A stretch of 18,098 nucleotides of DNA from Candidatus Jordarchaeia archaeon (lineage in GTDB: Archaea; Asgardarchaeota; Jordiarchaeia; Jordiarchaeales; Jordiarchaeaceae), in the NCBI GenBank assembly GCA_029856435.1, contig JAHQXB010000054.1, forward strand, positions 1-18,098, read 5' to 3'. Of the stretch, positions 8,037-16,884 are shown in pieces. A program made the translations under genes and the position numbers. Position 1 is the stretch's first letter; each line of letters starts with the position of its first letter. The notes under the pieces are model-generated. The model did no database searches and had not been told where the DNA came from. It was given only the letters and a program-made list of their open reading frames with translations.

Positions 8037-8330
8037 GTGTATCGTGTTATAGTTACTGTTAAAGAGGTTAAGGGTCACTGTGGGATTCACAAAGTTGGAG
8101 ATCGCTTCATTGTAGAAGATGGTCAAACCCTCTCTCTGGACACCGCAAAAAGCCTCTGCGTCTATGCGTTGGCCGGCTTAATTCCCCTCTTTCCCGCTCT
8201 CTCTAAGGACTTGCCTAAGGACGACTGGATGAGTGCAGAAACCCAATACCTTCAGTGTATAGATCCTGGCCCCAAGTATGGTGGCGGCGGCACAGTTATA
8301 TTCGAAATCAAGAGAGAAAAAGTGACCTAA
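8037..8330 (+). CDS. TIGR04076-family small Cys-containing protein
   Basis: YRVIVTVKEVKGHC..HKVGDRF..., LCVYAL..LIP, LQCIDPG..GGTVIFEIKR match this family pattern. GTG 8037 follows RBS GAGGTGA (8023-8029). Confidence 0.8.
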   Translation: MYRVIVTVKEVKGHCGIHKVGDRFIVEDGQTLSLDTAKSLCVYALAGLIPLFPALSKDLPKDDWMSAETQYLQCIDPGPKYGGGGTVIFEIKREKVT

Positions 8331-8395
8331 ACCCTAACTTTTTCGTCTTCTGAAGACCTTCTCTTCTATCCCTTCTTACTATTATTCTATTTTTT

Positions 8396-9433
8396 TCAGG
8401 TTATGGTTTTGAGCGTCTCTGTGAGTAGTTTTATGGTGTTTTCTACATCCCTCAGATCCACCACCTCTACTGGTGAGTGGGTGTATCTTAGGGGCACACA
8501 TAGGGGGCAGGTGGCGACTCCTTCACGGGAGAGCTGCACTGCGGCTCCGTCTGTGGAGCCCATAGCTACTGCTAGTTGGTAGGGGATGTTCATTTTTTCA
8601 GCGGTTTCGATTAACAATTCTCTGGGCTGCCTATCTGATACGAATCTCACATCCACTGCTCGGATTACTGGCCCTTTTCCTAATTCTATGGTTGTAGTGT
8701 AGGGCTTTACTCCTGGGAAATCTGCTGCGCCCGTGGTATCTATTGGGAACGCCATTTCTGGCTTTAGGCTGTAGGCGGATACCGTGGCTCCTCTTAGCCC
8801 TCTCTCTTCTTCTACAGTGAAGGAGTAAAGTAAGTCTGCTGCGATTTCTTGGTCTTTTAGCCTCTTTATGCATTCTATTACCACGAGGCAGCCTATCCTG
8901 TCATCGAAGGCTTTACCACAGATGCGGCTTCCTAAAAGTTCATCCAGACCTCTGTGGAGAGTTATTGGGTCAACCACCCTCACTCCTGCTTCCATGGCCT
9001 CTTCCCTGCTTGATGCGCCAATGTCGATGAACAAGTTTTCGGCTGGAATCACCCTGTCTCGCTCCTTACCCGTAGTGAAGTGTGGCGGGATGACGCCTAT
9101 GCTGCCTTTAATTTTTCCTTTTCTGGTGTGAATAATGACTCTCTGCGCTGGTAGAACTCTGTTATCTATTCCTCCCAAAACTTCAAATCTTATAAACCCC
9201 TTATCATCAATGGCTTTTACGATGAGCCCCACTTCATCCATGTGTGCATCAACTAGAACCCTTGCGGCTCCCTTTCCCTGAACTTGGGCTAAAACGTTTC
9301 CCAGTCGGTCAACTTTAACCTCATCTACATAGTTCTCAATTTTGGAAACTATGAGTTGAGCTATTTCGGTTTCAAAACCGGAAACTCCGGGGGTAGATAT
9401 TAATTCTTTTATTAGTGGGATCAATTCACTCAT
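8396..9433 (-). CDS. M42 family metallopeptidase (TET aminopeptidase/FrvX-like)
   Basis: PGVSGFE, DAHMDEVG, KAFDDRIG, TVEEERGLRGA, IDTT, GSTDG and YTHSPVE are present, with all metal ligands apparently intact. Confidence 0.93.
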   Translation of the reverse strand: MSELIPLIKELISTPGVSGFETEIAQLIVSKIENYVDEVKVDRLGNVLAQVQGKGAARVLVDAHMDEVGLIVKAIDDKGFIRFEVLGGIDNRVLPAQRVIIHTRKGKIKGSIGVIPPHFTTGKERDRVIPAENLFIDIGASSREEAMEAGVRVVDPITLHRGLDELLGSRICGKAFDDRIGCLVVIECIKRLKDQEIAADLLYSFTVEEERGLRGATVSAYSLKPEMAFPIDTTGAADFPGVKPYTTTIELGKGPVIRAVDVRFVSDRQPRELLIETAEKMNIPYQLAVAMGSTDGAAVQLSREGVATCPLCVPLRYTHSPVEVVDLRDVENTIKLLTETLKTIT

Positions 9434-9623
9434 TTGCTGTTCCTCTCATATGATGTGTTTAACTTATTTAAATCGGGACTCACACATTTATAGATTGTTT
9501 TCCACTTAACATAATGAGAATATGTGAAAGCTCTCTATTCTCTTATCTATAACAAATTTAACTGAGCCGCTCCAAAAGAAAGAGTTTTATTGGCGATATG
9601 TGGATTATCCTTAGGGATTATTT

Positions 9624-10433
9624 ATGGGAGATGGTAGAAGTACTGGAGCGGGATTAGTGCTCTGTTTAACCATTTTGGGATTTGCAGTGTGTTTACTTTT
9701 TGCCCTCTGGCCTCTGGCATTCCTTATACTCTTTTTGGGACTAGTTACCTTCTGCGCCTTGGAATCTAGTAGAAAAGGGACAGTGTCAAGAACACCACAG
9801 GATACAAGGCCGAGGAGGTACGAAGTAAGAACCCCACCCACCCCCACCACTGAGGAATACCGCCCCCCCTATTTTAGGGAAGCTCCCGAAAAACCACGCG
9901 TAAGAGTTCCTGTGAAGTATGGTGAGGACGTAACTACATATGAAAGGGCAGCTGAAAAAGCATCGGAGTTAGAGACTGGAGACCTTAGTAGAAAAGGGAT
10001 CTATCGCTGGGAAGATACGGAAAAGACTGAGACGCCAACTCTAGTAAGCGAGGCTGCTCTAAGAGGAGAACCTCCTTATTATAGAAGGGCCGAGGAAAAA
10101 AGCGATATTGATGAGTTAAAAGAAGAATTGGAAAGCACCAAAACCAAATACAGGTCGATAAGCTATGGAGCCGAAGTGGCGGAGAAAGCCAAAAAAGAAG
10201 CCACCATAACACCTCCCGCTCCTGAGAAGAGTCAAGAGCTAAAAGATTTAGAGAGTCAAGAGGAGGCAAACCGGATCCTACTGGAAGAATTGAAAAAACG
10301 TTGGATGTCTGGAAAAATAGACGTTGCTATGTACAATAAACTCAAAGAGAAGTATGAAAAGAAAATCGCGGAAATAGAAAAACAGAAGAAAAAACTAGCA
10401 AAAAACGGCTCAACACAAACCAGCACAAAGTAA
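9624..10433 (+). CDS. Hypothetical membrane-anchored protein: N-terminal TM hairpin, Pro/Glu/Thr-rich linker, C-terminal SHOCT-like coiled coil
   Basis: Hydrophobic stretch at about aa 8-46, then a low-complexity linker, then LEELKKRWMSGKIDVAMYNKLKEKYEKK. Confidence 0.7.
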   Translation: MGDGRSTGAGLVLCLTILGFAVCLLFALWPLAFLILFLGLVTFCALESSRKGTVSRTPQDTRPRRYEVRTPPTPTTEEYRPPYFREAPEKPRVRVPVKYGEDVTTYERAAEKASELETGDLSRKGIYRWEDTEKTETPTLVSEAALRGEPPYYRRAEEKSDIDELKEELESTKTKYRSISYGAEVAEKAKKEATITPPAPEKSQELKDLESQEEANRILLEELKKRWMSGKIDVAMYNKLKEKYEKKIAEIEKQKKKLAKNGSTQTSTK

Positions 10434-10463
10434 ATATCTTTTTATGAATTTCTGGTACAAACT

Positions 10464-10476
10464 GTTCAGATTAACT
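10464..10476 (+). repeat. 13-bp exact repeat GTTCAGATTAACT, copy 1 (upstream of thiolase)
   Basis: Identical to 12470-12482. Confidence 0.5.
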
Positions 10477-10738
10477 GCCACAATTAGGCCCTAGACTTGA
10501 GGCTTTAATACCTCCCCTATTACAGGCCATCCCAAACCAAAAAATACGCATTCAACATAAAAACCACCCACTGAAAATTGCTATAAACATAATCAAACCG
10601 TAAAGAATTGCCCCAGTCTAGCTATGCCAGTTCACATCCATCCTAAAACTTTTGCTGAAACTTGGTGAAAAGATTATAAACCTGATGTTTATACTGGTAA
10701 AGCCGTCCTCAATAAGTTTAATAGTGATGTGATAAAAA

Positions 10739-11992
10739 ATGGGCAAACTGGCAAGAGGAGTAGCGCTCATAGGAGCGGGAATGTCAAAATTTGGAACATT
10801 CCCCGATAAAACCGGAAGAGAACTATTCGTAGAAGCATACATTGATGCACTAAACTCCGTGGATAAGGGAATCGATAACAAAGATATTGAGGCCATGTTC
10901 CTAGGAAACTTTTCGAGCGACATCTTTGAGGGGCAGGGACATAACGGCCCACTGATGGCTGATTGGGTAGGCTTAACACCCAAACCCGTAACCAGAACAG
11001 AGGGAGCCTGCGCCAGCAGTGGCGTCGCCATAAGAGCGGGAATACTAGCTATTGCCTCCGGGCTACATGACGTGGTGTGTGTTTCTGGAATGGAAAAAAT
11101 GACCGATCTTCCCACTTCTAGAGTAACAGACGCACTTGCCGCAGCTAGCGATGTTTCATACGAGTTTCCAGCAGGGGCCACCTTCCCGGGACTATACGCA
11201 ACCATAGCCACAGCACACATGAAAAAATATGGAACAACCATAAAACAACTCCGAATGGTGGGAATTAAAAACCACAACAACGGAAAACTGAACCCCAAAG
11301 CGCAGTTCCCCGTTACCATAAAGGAGCTAATGGAAAGGAGAATAGCGAAACTAAAAGAAAAGGGGGAGCCTGTCCCCTCCTGGAAGGACGAAATGGACTT
11401 CCTTGAAGACCCTGTTTCAAACCCCATAGTGGCATGGCCACTAAGACTCTATGACTGTTCACCTATAACTGATGGCGCAGCAGTATTATTCTTGGCAGCA
11501 GAGGAAGTGGCCAAAAAATTCACCGATACTCCCATACACATAATAGGCACAGGTCAAGGAAGCGCCCCATTCGCCCTACACAACAGGCCCGACATCACAT
11601 CCCTAATTTCCGCTAGGGAAGCGGCAAAGATGGCATACAAGATGGCTGGAGTAGACCCCAAAGATATACAGGTGGCTGAAGTTCACGATTGTTTCACAAT
11701 TGCAGAAATAGTGGCGACCGAAGACCTAGGATTCTTTAAACCAGGCGAAGGAGGAAAAGCCGCTGAGGAAGGGTTAACAGCACGCGACGGAGAAAAACCC
11801 ATAAACACCTCAGGGGGACTAAAATCTAAAGGGCATCCTGTAGGTGCAAGTGGGGCGGCCCAAGCTGTCGAGATTTGGAAGCAGCTCCGGGGCGAAGCTG
11901 GTCCAAGACAAGTTCCCGGTGTAGAGCTGGGGCTTACCCACAATGTGGGTGGAACCGGAGGCACCTGTGCTGTACATATTTACAGGAGGTAA
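10739..11992 (+). CDS. Archaeal/SCP2-type thiolase (acetyl-CoA C-acyltransferase)
   Basis: Catalytic EGACASSG, EVHDCFTIAE, INTSGGLKSKGHPVGASG and HNVGG. Confidence 0.95.
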   Translation: MGKLARGVALIGAGMSKFGTFPDKTGRELFVEAYIDALNSVDKGIDNKDIEAMFLGNFSSDIFEGQGHNGPLMADWVGLTPKPVTRTEGACASSGVAIRAGILAIASGLHDVVCVSGMEKMTDLPTSRVTDALAAASDVSYEFPAGATFPGLYATIATAHMKKYGTTIKQLRMVGIKNHNNGKLNPKAQFPVTIKELMERRIAKLKEKGEPVPSWKDEMDFLEDPVSNPIVAWPLRLYDCSPITDGAAVLFLAAEEVAKKFTDTPIHIIGTGQGSAPFALHNRPDITSLISAREAAKMAYKMAGVDPKDIQVAEVHDCFTIAEIVATEDLGFFKPGEGGKAAEEGLTARDGEKPINTSGGLKSKGHPVGASGAAQAVEIWKQLRGEAGPRQVPGVELGLTHNVGGTGGTCAVHIYRR

Positions 11993-11996
11993 AAAA

Positions 11997-12398
11997 ATGT
12001 TGGTTCCCGAGGCTTCTGTAAAATCGTTCTACAATTTTCTCAAAGAAAAGAAAATTATGGGCACCAAGTGCAGGGACTGCGGCGAAATATACCTACCTCC
12101 TAGACCATTATGCCCCAGGTGCATAAAGTCAAATCTGGAGTGGGTGGAACTTGAAGGCAAAGGGAAACTGGTGGCCTTTACCTCAATAGCTGTGGCTCCA
12201 ACGCATATGCTGAATGCGGGGCACTCAAGAGACAACCCATACGTATACGGCTTGGTTAAACTGGATTCCGGACCAACTATAAGTGGGCTCATTCTCGTGG
12301 ACGCTAAGAACCCAGAAAAAGTAGAAATAGGTACCAAGGTGACTGCAGAATTCATTAAGAGAGATGATAGGGTGATTTTAGGATTTAAACCCTCTTAA
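11997..12398 (+). CDS. DUF35 Zn-ribbon/OB-fold acyl-CoA-binding protein (thiolase partner)
   Basis: CRDCGEIYLPPRPLCPRC, GKGKLVAFT and PYVYGLVKLDSG. ATG 11997 follows GGAGGT (11985-11990). Confidence 0.92.
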   Translation: MLVPEASVKSFYNFLKEKKIMGTKCRDCGEIYLPPRPLCPRCIKSNLEWVELEGKGKLVAFTSIAVAPTHMLNAGHSRDNPYVYGLVKLDSGPTISGLILVDAKNPEKVEIGTKVTAEFIKRDDRVILGFKPS

Positions 12399-12445
12399 AC
12401 CTTCTTCTTCCTTTATTTATTTTTTTTCTTGGGTTGACCTTTTTT
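12399..12445 (+). terminator. Oligo-T terminator-like tract
   Basis: Long T-rich run after the DUF35 stop codon. Confidence 0.5.
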
Positions 12446-12469
12446 CGGAGTGGAAGTGGTTTAAAGCCA

Positions 12470-12502
12470 GTTCAGATTAACTTTTGTCAGTTAAATTTAT
12501 AA
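12470..12502 (+). promoter_or_regulatory. 13-bp repeat copy 2 overlapping palindrome TTAACT-N6-AGTTAA, then a TATA-like box upstream of the acyl-CoA dehydrogenase gene
   Basis: GTTCAGATTAACT 12470-12482; TTAACT 12477-12482 paired with AGTTAA 12489-12494; ATTTATAA 12495-12502. Confidence 0.45.
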
Positions 12503-12649
12503 TGAGTTTGAGCTTCATTTTTTTGGTTTATGCTTAAAAATTTTTGCAGATTAAATATATAATATGGAGTTTCAAAACTTGAGAAGAATACATTCGAACA
12601 GTATTTGTACAATTAACTGTCAAACGCGGCTTAGAGGTGTGATTTAAAA

Positions 12650-13807
12650 ATGAATTTTGACCTAACCGAAGAACAGGAAATGATAAGGCAAACGGTTCAG
12701 GAATTTGCTCAAAAGGAACTAATACCCATAGCCGACGAAGCGGAAGAAAAGGGCGAATTTCCCAGGGAAGTCATAAAAAAAGCGGCGGACCTAGGTTTCT
12801 TGGGAGCAACAATACCTCCCGAATACGGCGGGTCGGGTGTAGACAGTATTAGCGCAGCAATCCTCATAGAGGAGCTTTCCCGCGCATGGACTTCCATCGG
12901 AACAATAATTCATGTTCACAATTCAGTATGCTGCTGGCCAATGAACCACTTCGGCACAGAGGAACAGAAAAAAAGGTATCTCCCAAAACTTGCCAGAGGA
13001 GAAATCATTGGAGCCTTCACCCTAACCGAGCCGGAAGCCGGCAGCGATGCTTCAAATGTGAAAACCACTGCAGTACTCGACGGAGATGAGTGGGTTATAA
13101 ACGGCTCAAAACAGTGGATTACAAACGGACTAGTAGCTGGAGTCTTCCTAGTCTTCGCAGTAACAGACGGAGCAACCAGCGACCCTAAGAAGAAACCCAT
13201 AAGCGTCCTAATAGTTGACAGAAACACCCCAGGACTAAAAATTGGAAAGCCCGAGAGAAAGATGGGAATACACTGCTCAGAAACCGCCAAGTCCCTCACA
13301 TTTGAAGACTGCAGAATCCCAAAAGAAAATGTGCTGGGCAAAGTGGGCGAAGGATACAAAGTAGGCATGATAACACTCGACCAAGCGAGAATCGGCATCG
13401 CAGCTCAAGGCGTAGGAGTGGCCCAAGCAGCCTTTGACGAAGCACTAAAATACTCCCAGCAGAGGGTTCAGTTCGGCCAACCCATAGCTAGATTCCAAGC
13501 CATACAATGGATGCTGGCTGAGATGGCCACAGAAATAGAAGCAGCCCGCCTACTGACCTACAAAGCAGCTTACCTCAAAGACAAGGGCGAAAGAATCTCC
13601 ATGGAGGCGGCTATGGCAAAACTAGCAGGAGGGGAAATCGCCATGAAAGCCGCAAATATGGCTCTACAAATTCACGGAGGTTACGGCTATATTAAAGACT
13701 ACCCTATTGAGAGAATATTCAGAGACGCAAAGATAGTAGGAATATACGAAGGCACCAACGAAATACAGAAATTAAGGATCGCCGGCGAACTACTAAAAGG
13801 CAAATGA
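12650..13807 (+). CDS. Acyl-CoA dehydrogenase (short-chain/butyryl-CoA dehydrogenase-like)
   Basis: FTLTEPEAGSDA, NGSKQWITNG, TLDQARIGIAAQ, RVQFGQPI, QIHGGYGY and IYEGTNEIQ (catalytic Glu). Confidence 0.95.
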   Translation: MNFDLTEEQEMIRQTVQEFAQKELIPIADEAEEKGEFPREVIKKAADLGFLGATIPPEYGGSGVDSISAAILIEELSRAWTSIGTIIHVHNSVCCWPMNHFGTEEQKKRYLPKLARGEIIGAFTLTEPEAGSDASNVKTTAVLDGDEWVINGSKQWITNGLVAGVFLVFAVTDGATSDPKKKPISVLIVDRNTPGLKIGKPERKMGIHCSETAKSLTFEDCRIPKENVLGKVGEGYKVGMITLDQARIGIAAQGVGVAQAAFDEALKYSQQRVQFGQPIARFQAIQWMLAEMATEIEAARLLTYKAAYLKDKGERISMEAAMAKLAGGEIAMKAANMALQIHGGYGYIKDYPIERIFRDAKIVGIYEGTNEIQKLRIAGELLKGK

Positions 13808-13917
13808 AGGACCCTTACCACAACGAAAAGAAAAGGGATAGGAAAAACGGCCAATTTTTTCTCGGAAATCCCTTCAACACATCTCCCATTTTTGAAAAAT
13901 TAACAAAACCAGATTTT

Positions 13918-15108
13918 TCAGGCTCCTTTGAGCTCCCTACGCAGCTCTTTTTCCAGCTCTGGGACTATTTTGAACAGGTCTCCCACAACGCCATAGTTTG
14001 CTATTTTCAGAATGGGGGCCTCTGGATCCTTGTTGATGGCTACAATTACGTCCGAGGTCTGCATACCTACAAGGTGCTGAATCATACCTGAGATTCCCAC
14101 GGCTATGTAGAGTTTAGGAGCGACTGTCTTACCGGTCTGACCTACCTGATGCATGTGGGGTAGCCAATTTTCATCCACCACCGGTCTTGAACAGCCCAAA
14201 GCAGCGTTGAGAGTCTTAGCCAATGCTTCTACTACCGGTATGTTTTCTGGTTTTCCAATTCCACGTCCACATGAAACTATAATGTCCGCCTCCTCCAGAT
14301 TAACACCCTCCGAGACTTCTCTAACCACATCGACAACCTTAGCCCTAATGATTCTGGGATTAATATTCGCCTCAACCCTAACAACCTCACCCCTCCTACT
14401 GAGGTCAAGTGGCGTCCTTTTCATAACGTTTGGCCGAACAGTAGCCATCTGGGGTCGCGTATACCTCGAGAGAATCTGAGCCATAATATTTCCGCCGAAA
14501 GCAGGACGAGTCTGTAGGAGTAAGCCGTCGTCAGTTATGTCGAGGCCTGTGCAGTCTGCGGTTAAGCCGACTTTTATTCTGGCGGCTACTCTGGGCGCTA
14601 GGTCGCGACCGTTGAGGGTGGCTCCGTATAGCACTATGGAGGGCTTGTACTTGGAGATAACTGCGGTGAGCATTGCGGTGTAGGCGTCGCTATTGTATCT
14701 TTCGAGAAGTTCGTGTTCAATTAAGTAGACTTTGTCTGCGCCTTGGGCGATAAGGGTTTCTGATAGGTGGGAAACTTTTTTTCCTATTAGGACTGCTGCA
14801 AGTTCTTGTCCCAGTTTGTCTGCTAGTTTTCTGCCTTCACTTAGCAGTTCGAGTGCCACATTTTTTATTTTTCCTTCACTTTGTTCGGCGTACACCCATA
14901 CTCCTTTATATTCTGTTAGGTTTATTTCTGCGCGTTTGGGCCTTTCAATAATTATGGCTTGGGTGGGGCAGGATTTTTCGCAGGCGCCACAAAGGGTGCA
15001 GGCTGCTGTTATTTGAGCTTTTTCGTTAACTACTTCGGCTGCGCCGAAGGGGCATATTGAGACGCAGACTTTGCATCCAGTGCACTTATCTAATTGGACT
15101 CGAATCAT
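13918..15108 (-). CDS. etfA: Electron transfer flavoprotein alpha subunit with N-terminal 2x[4Fe-4S] ferredoxin domain
   Basis: CTGCKVCVSICP and CTLCGACEKSCP, then RPAFGGN, QMATVRP, HQVGQTGKTVAPKLYIAVGISG and AINKDPEAPI. Confidence 0.95.
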   Translation of the reverse strand: MIRVQLDKCTGCKVCVSICPFGAAEVVNEKAQITAACTLCGACEKSCPTQAIIIERPKRAEINLTEYKGVWVYAEQSEGKIKNVALELLSEGRKLADKLGQELAAVLIGKKVSHLSETLIAQGADKVYLIEHELLERYNSDAYTAMLTAVISKYKPSIVLYGATLNGRDLAPRVAARIKVGLTADCTGLDITDDGLLLQTRPAFGGNIMAQILSRYTRPQMATVRPNVMKRTPLDLSRRGEVVRVEANINPRIIRAKVVDVVREVSEGVNLEEADIIVSCGRGIGKPENIPVVEALAKTLNAALGCSRPVVDENWLPHMHQVGQTGKTVAPKLYIAVGISGMIQHLVGMQTSDVIVAINKDPEAPILKIANYGVVGDLFKIVPELEKELRRELKGA

Positions 15109-15110
15109 TT

Positions 15111-15923
15111 TTATTTCACCCTTTCTTTGAGTTTCTTTATGATGGGTTCTTCGAGTAGTAGTTGGGCTAGTTTTTTGGCGGCGAGTGCAGGGTCTTCTTC
15201 TTTGATGATTATTCCGCCGCCTCTTTGTTTTGGGGTGAATATTCGTACGACTTCCGTGAAGGAGCCGCTTAAACCGTATGATTGGGGATCTCCTCCTATG
15301 TTTGCAAGGTTGAGTTCTTTGATCTCCTTTTTTTTGGCAAGCATTATCTCTCTGAGTGCTGGGATTCTTGGTTCATTTAAGCCTTTAATAGCGGTCAGGA
15401 GGACTGGCAGGCGGCTTTCGATGACTTCGTAGCCCTCCTCTGTTTCTCTGTGGACTGTTATCCGTTTTTTCTCTGCGTCTACTTCAACTTTTTTAACATA
15501 GGTGATGGGTGTTATCCCTAGGTTCTCAGCGAGTTCTGGTCCTACTTGGGCGGTGTCGCCATCAATTGCTCTTGCTCCACATAGTATCAAATCGTACTCC
15601 ATTTTTTTAATAGCTTGAGCAAGAGTGTAAGCGGTGGCCCAAGTATCCGAACCAGCGAATGCTCTGTCTGTGAGCAGGATTCCTTTATCTGCACCCATCG
15701 CTAAACATCTTAAGAGTGCCTGTCTAGCTTGTGGTGGACCCATTGTTATCACTGTAACTTCTCCTCCATGTTTTTCTTTTAACCTCACTGCTTCCTCCAC
15801 AGCAATTTCGTCAAACGGATTAACAATGGAGGGAACTCCGTCCCGGATTAGTGTATTGGTCTTGGGATCTATCTTAACTTCGGTGACTTCGGGCACCTGT
15901 TTAACACAAACTATTATTTTCAT
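15111..15923 (-). CDS. etfB: Electron transfer flavoprotein beta subunit (bifurcating-type motifs)
   Basis: MKIIVCVKQVP, NPFD, DRAFAGSDTWAT, AIDGDTAQVGP and NEPRIP. Confidence 0.95.
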   Translation of the reverse strand: MKIIVCVKQVPEVTEVKIDPKTNTLIRDGVPSIVNPFDEIAVEEAVRLKEKHGGEVTVITMGPPQARQALLRCLAMGADKGILLTDRAFAGSDTWATAYTLAQAIKKMEYDLILCGARAIDGDTAQVGPELAENLGITPITYVKKVEVDAEKKRITVHRETEEGYEVIESRLPVLLTAIKGLNEPRIPALREIMLAKKKEIKELNLANIGGDPQSYGLSGSFTEVVRIFTPKQRGGGIIIKEEDPALAAKKLAQLLLEEPIIKKLKERVK

Positions 15924-16421
15924 TTTTGGCAGTCCTCTATCACTATCATCTATTTAACACGCCTGTCTAGGGTAAAAATTTTGGTGTTTTGCTATCCAAT
16001 CCTTTTTTTCCAACTTAAAATTTTTGGAGGTTGTAAGTATCGCCACTCAGAAACTAACACCTTCTAGAACATTTTAAAAATATAATCCTCTAAACTCCCA
16101 CACTTAGCGCAACGATAAATCTTTCCAGTGTTGTACTACCTTTTAAGAAAAGCAGATCAAATAAGAGTCTATTCCCCTGCAATCAGCTTTATCTAAAAAA
16201 GCCCAAATAATTCATCCTTTCTGAATAGAATCTTACCACACTATTTTTACCACGAGAGAAATACATTAAAACTATAGATTTAAAAGATACAAATCTTCCA
16301 GCTTCCAACAGTAAAGAATAAATTTGCAAAGTTTTCATAAAATATCCTTAGATATGGACTAAACTTACAAAAAAGGCACCCGAAATTGAAGTAAAAGTAA
16401 AACATTCTAGGAGGAATAAAA

Positions 16422-16814
<393 letters not shown>

Positions 16815-16860
16815 ATTACTTTCTTTTAATTTTTTATGAGTGCTATTTTTTCCCGATATT
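16815..16860 (+). terminator. Oligo-T terminator-like tract
   Basis: TTTCTTTTAATTTTTT and TATTTTTT runs follow the stop at 16814. Confidence 0.45.
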
Positions 16861-16884
16861 TAATTCATTTGTTTGGACTACAAA

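Noticed and set aside
10618-11427. 269-aa minus-strand ORF
   Set aside because: It is an antisense shadow of the well-supported thiolase and has no recognisable motifs.
13804-14091. 95-aa plus-strand ORF overlapping the ACAD stop
   Set aside because: It overlaps etfA antisense and crosses the convergent terminator region, with no motifs.
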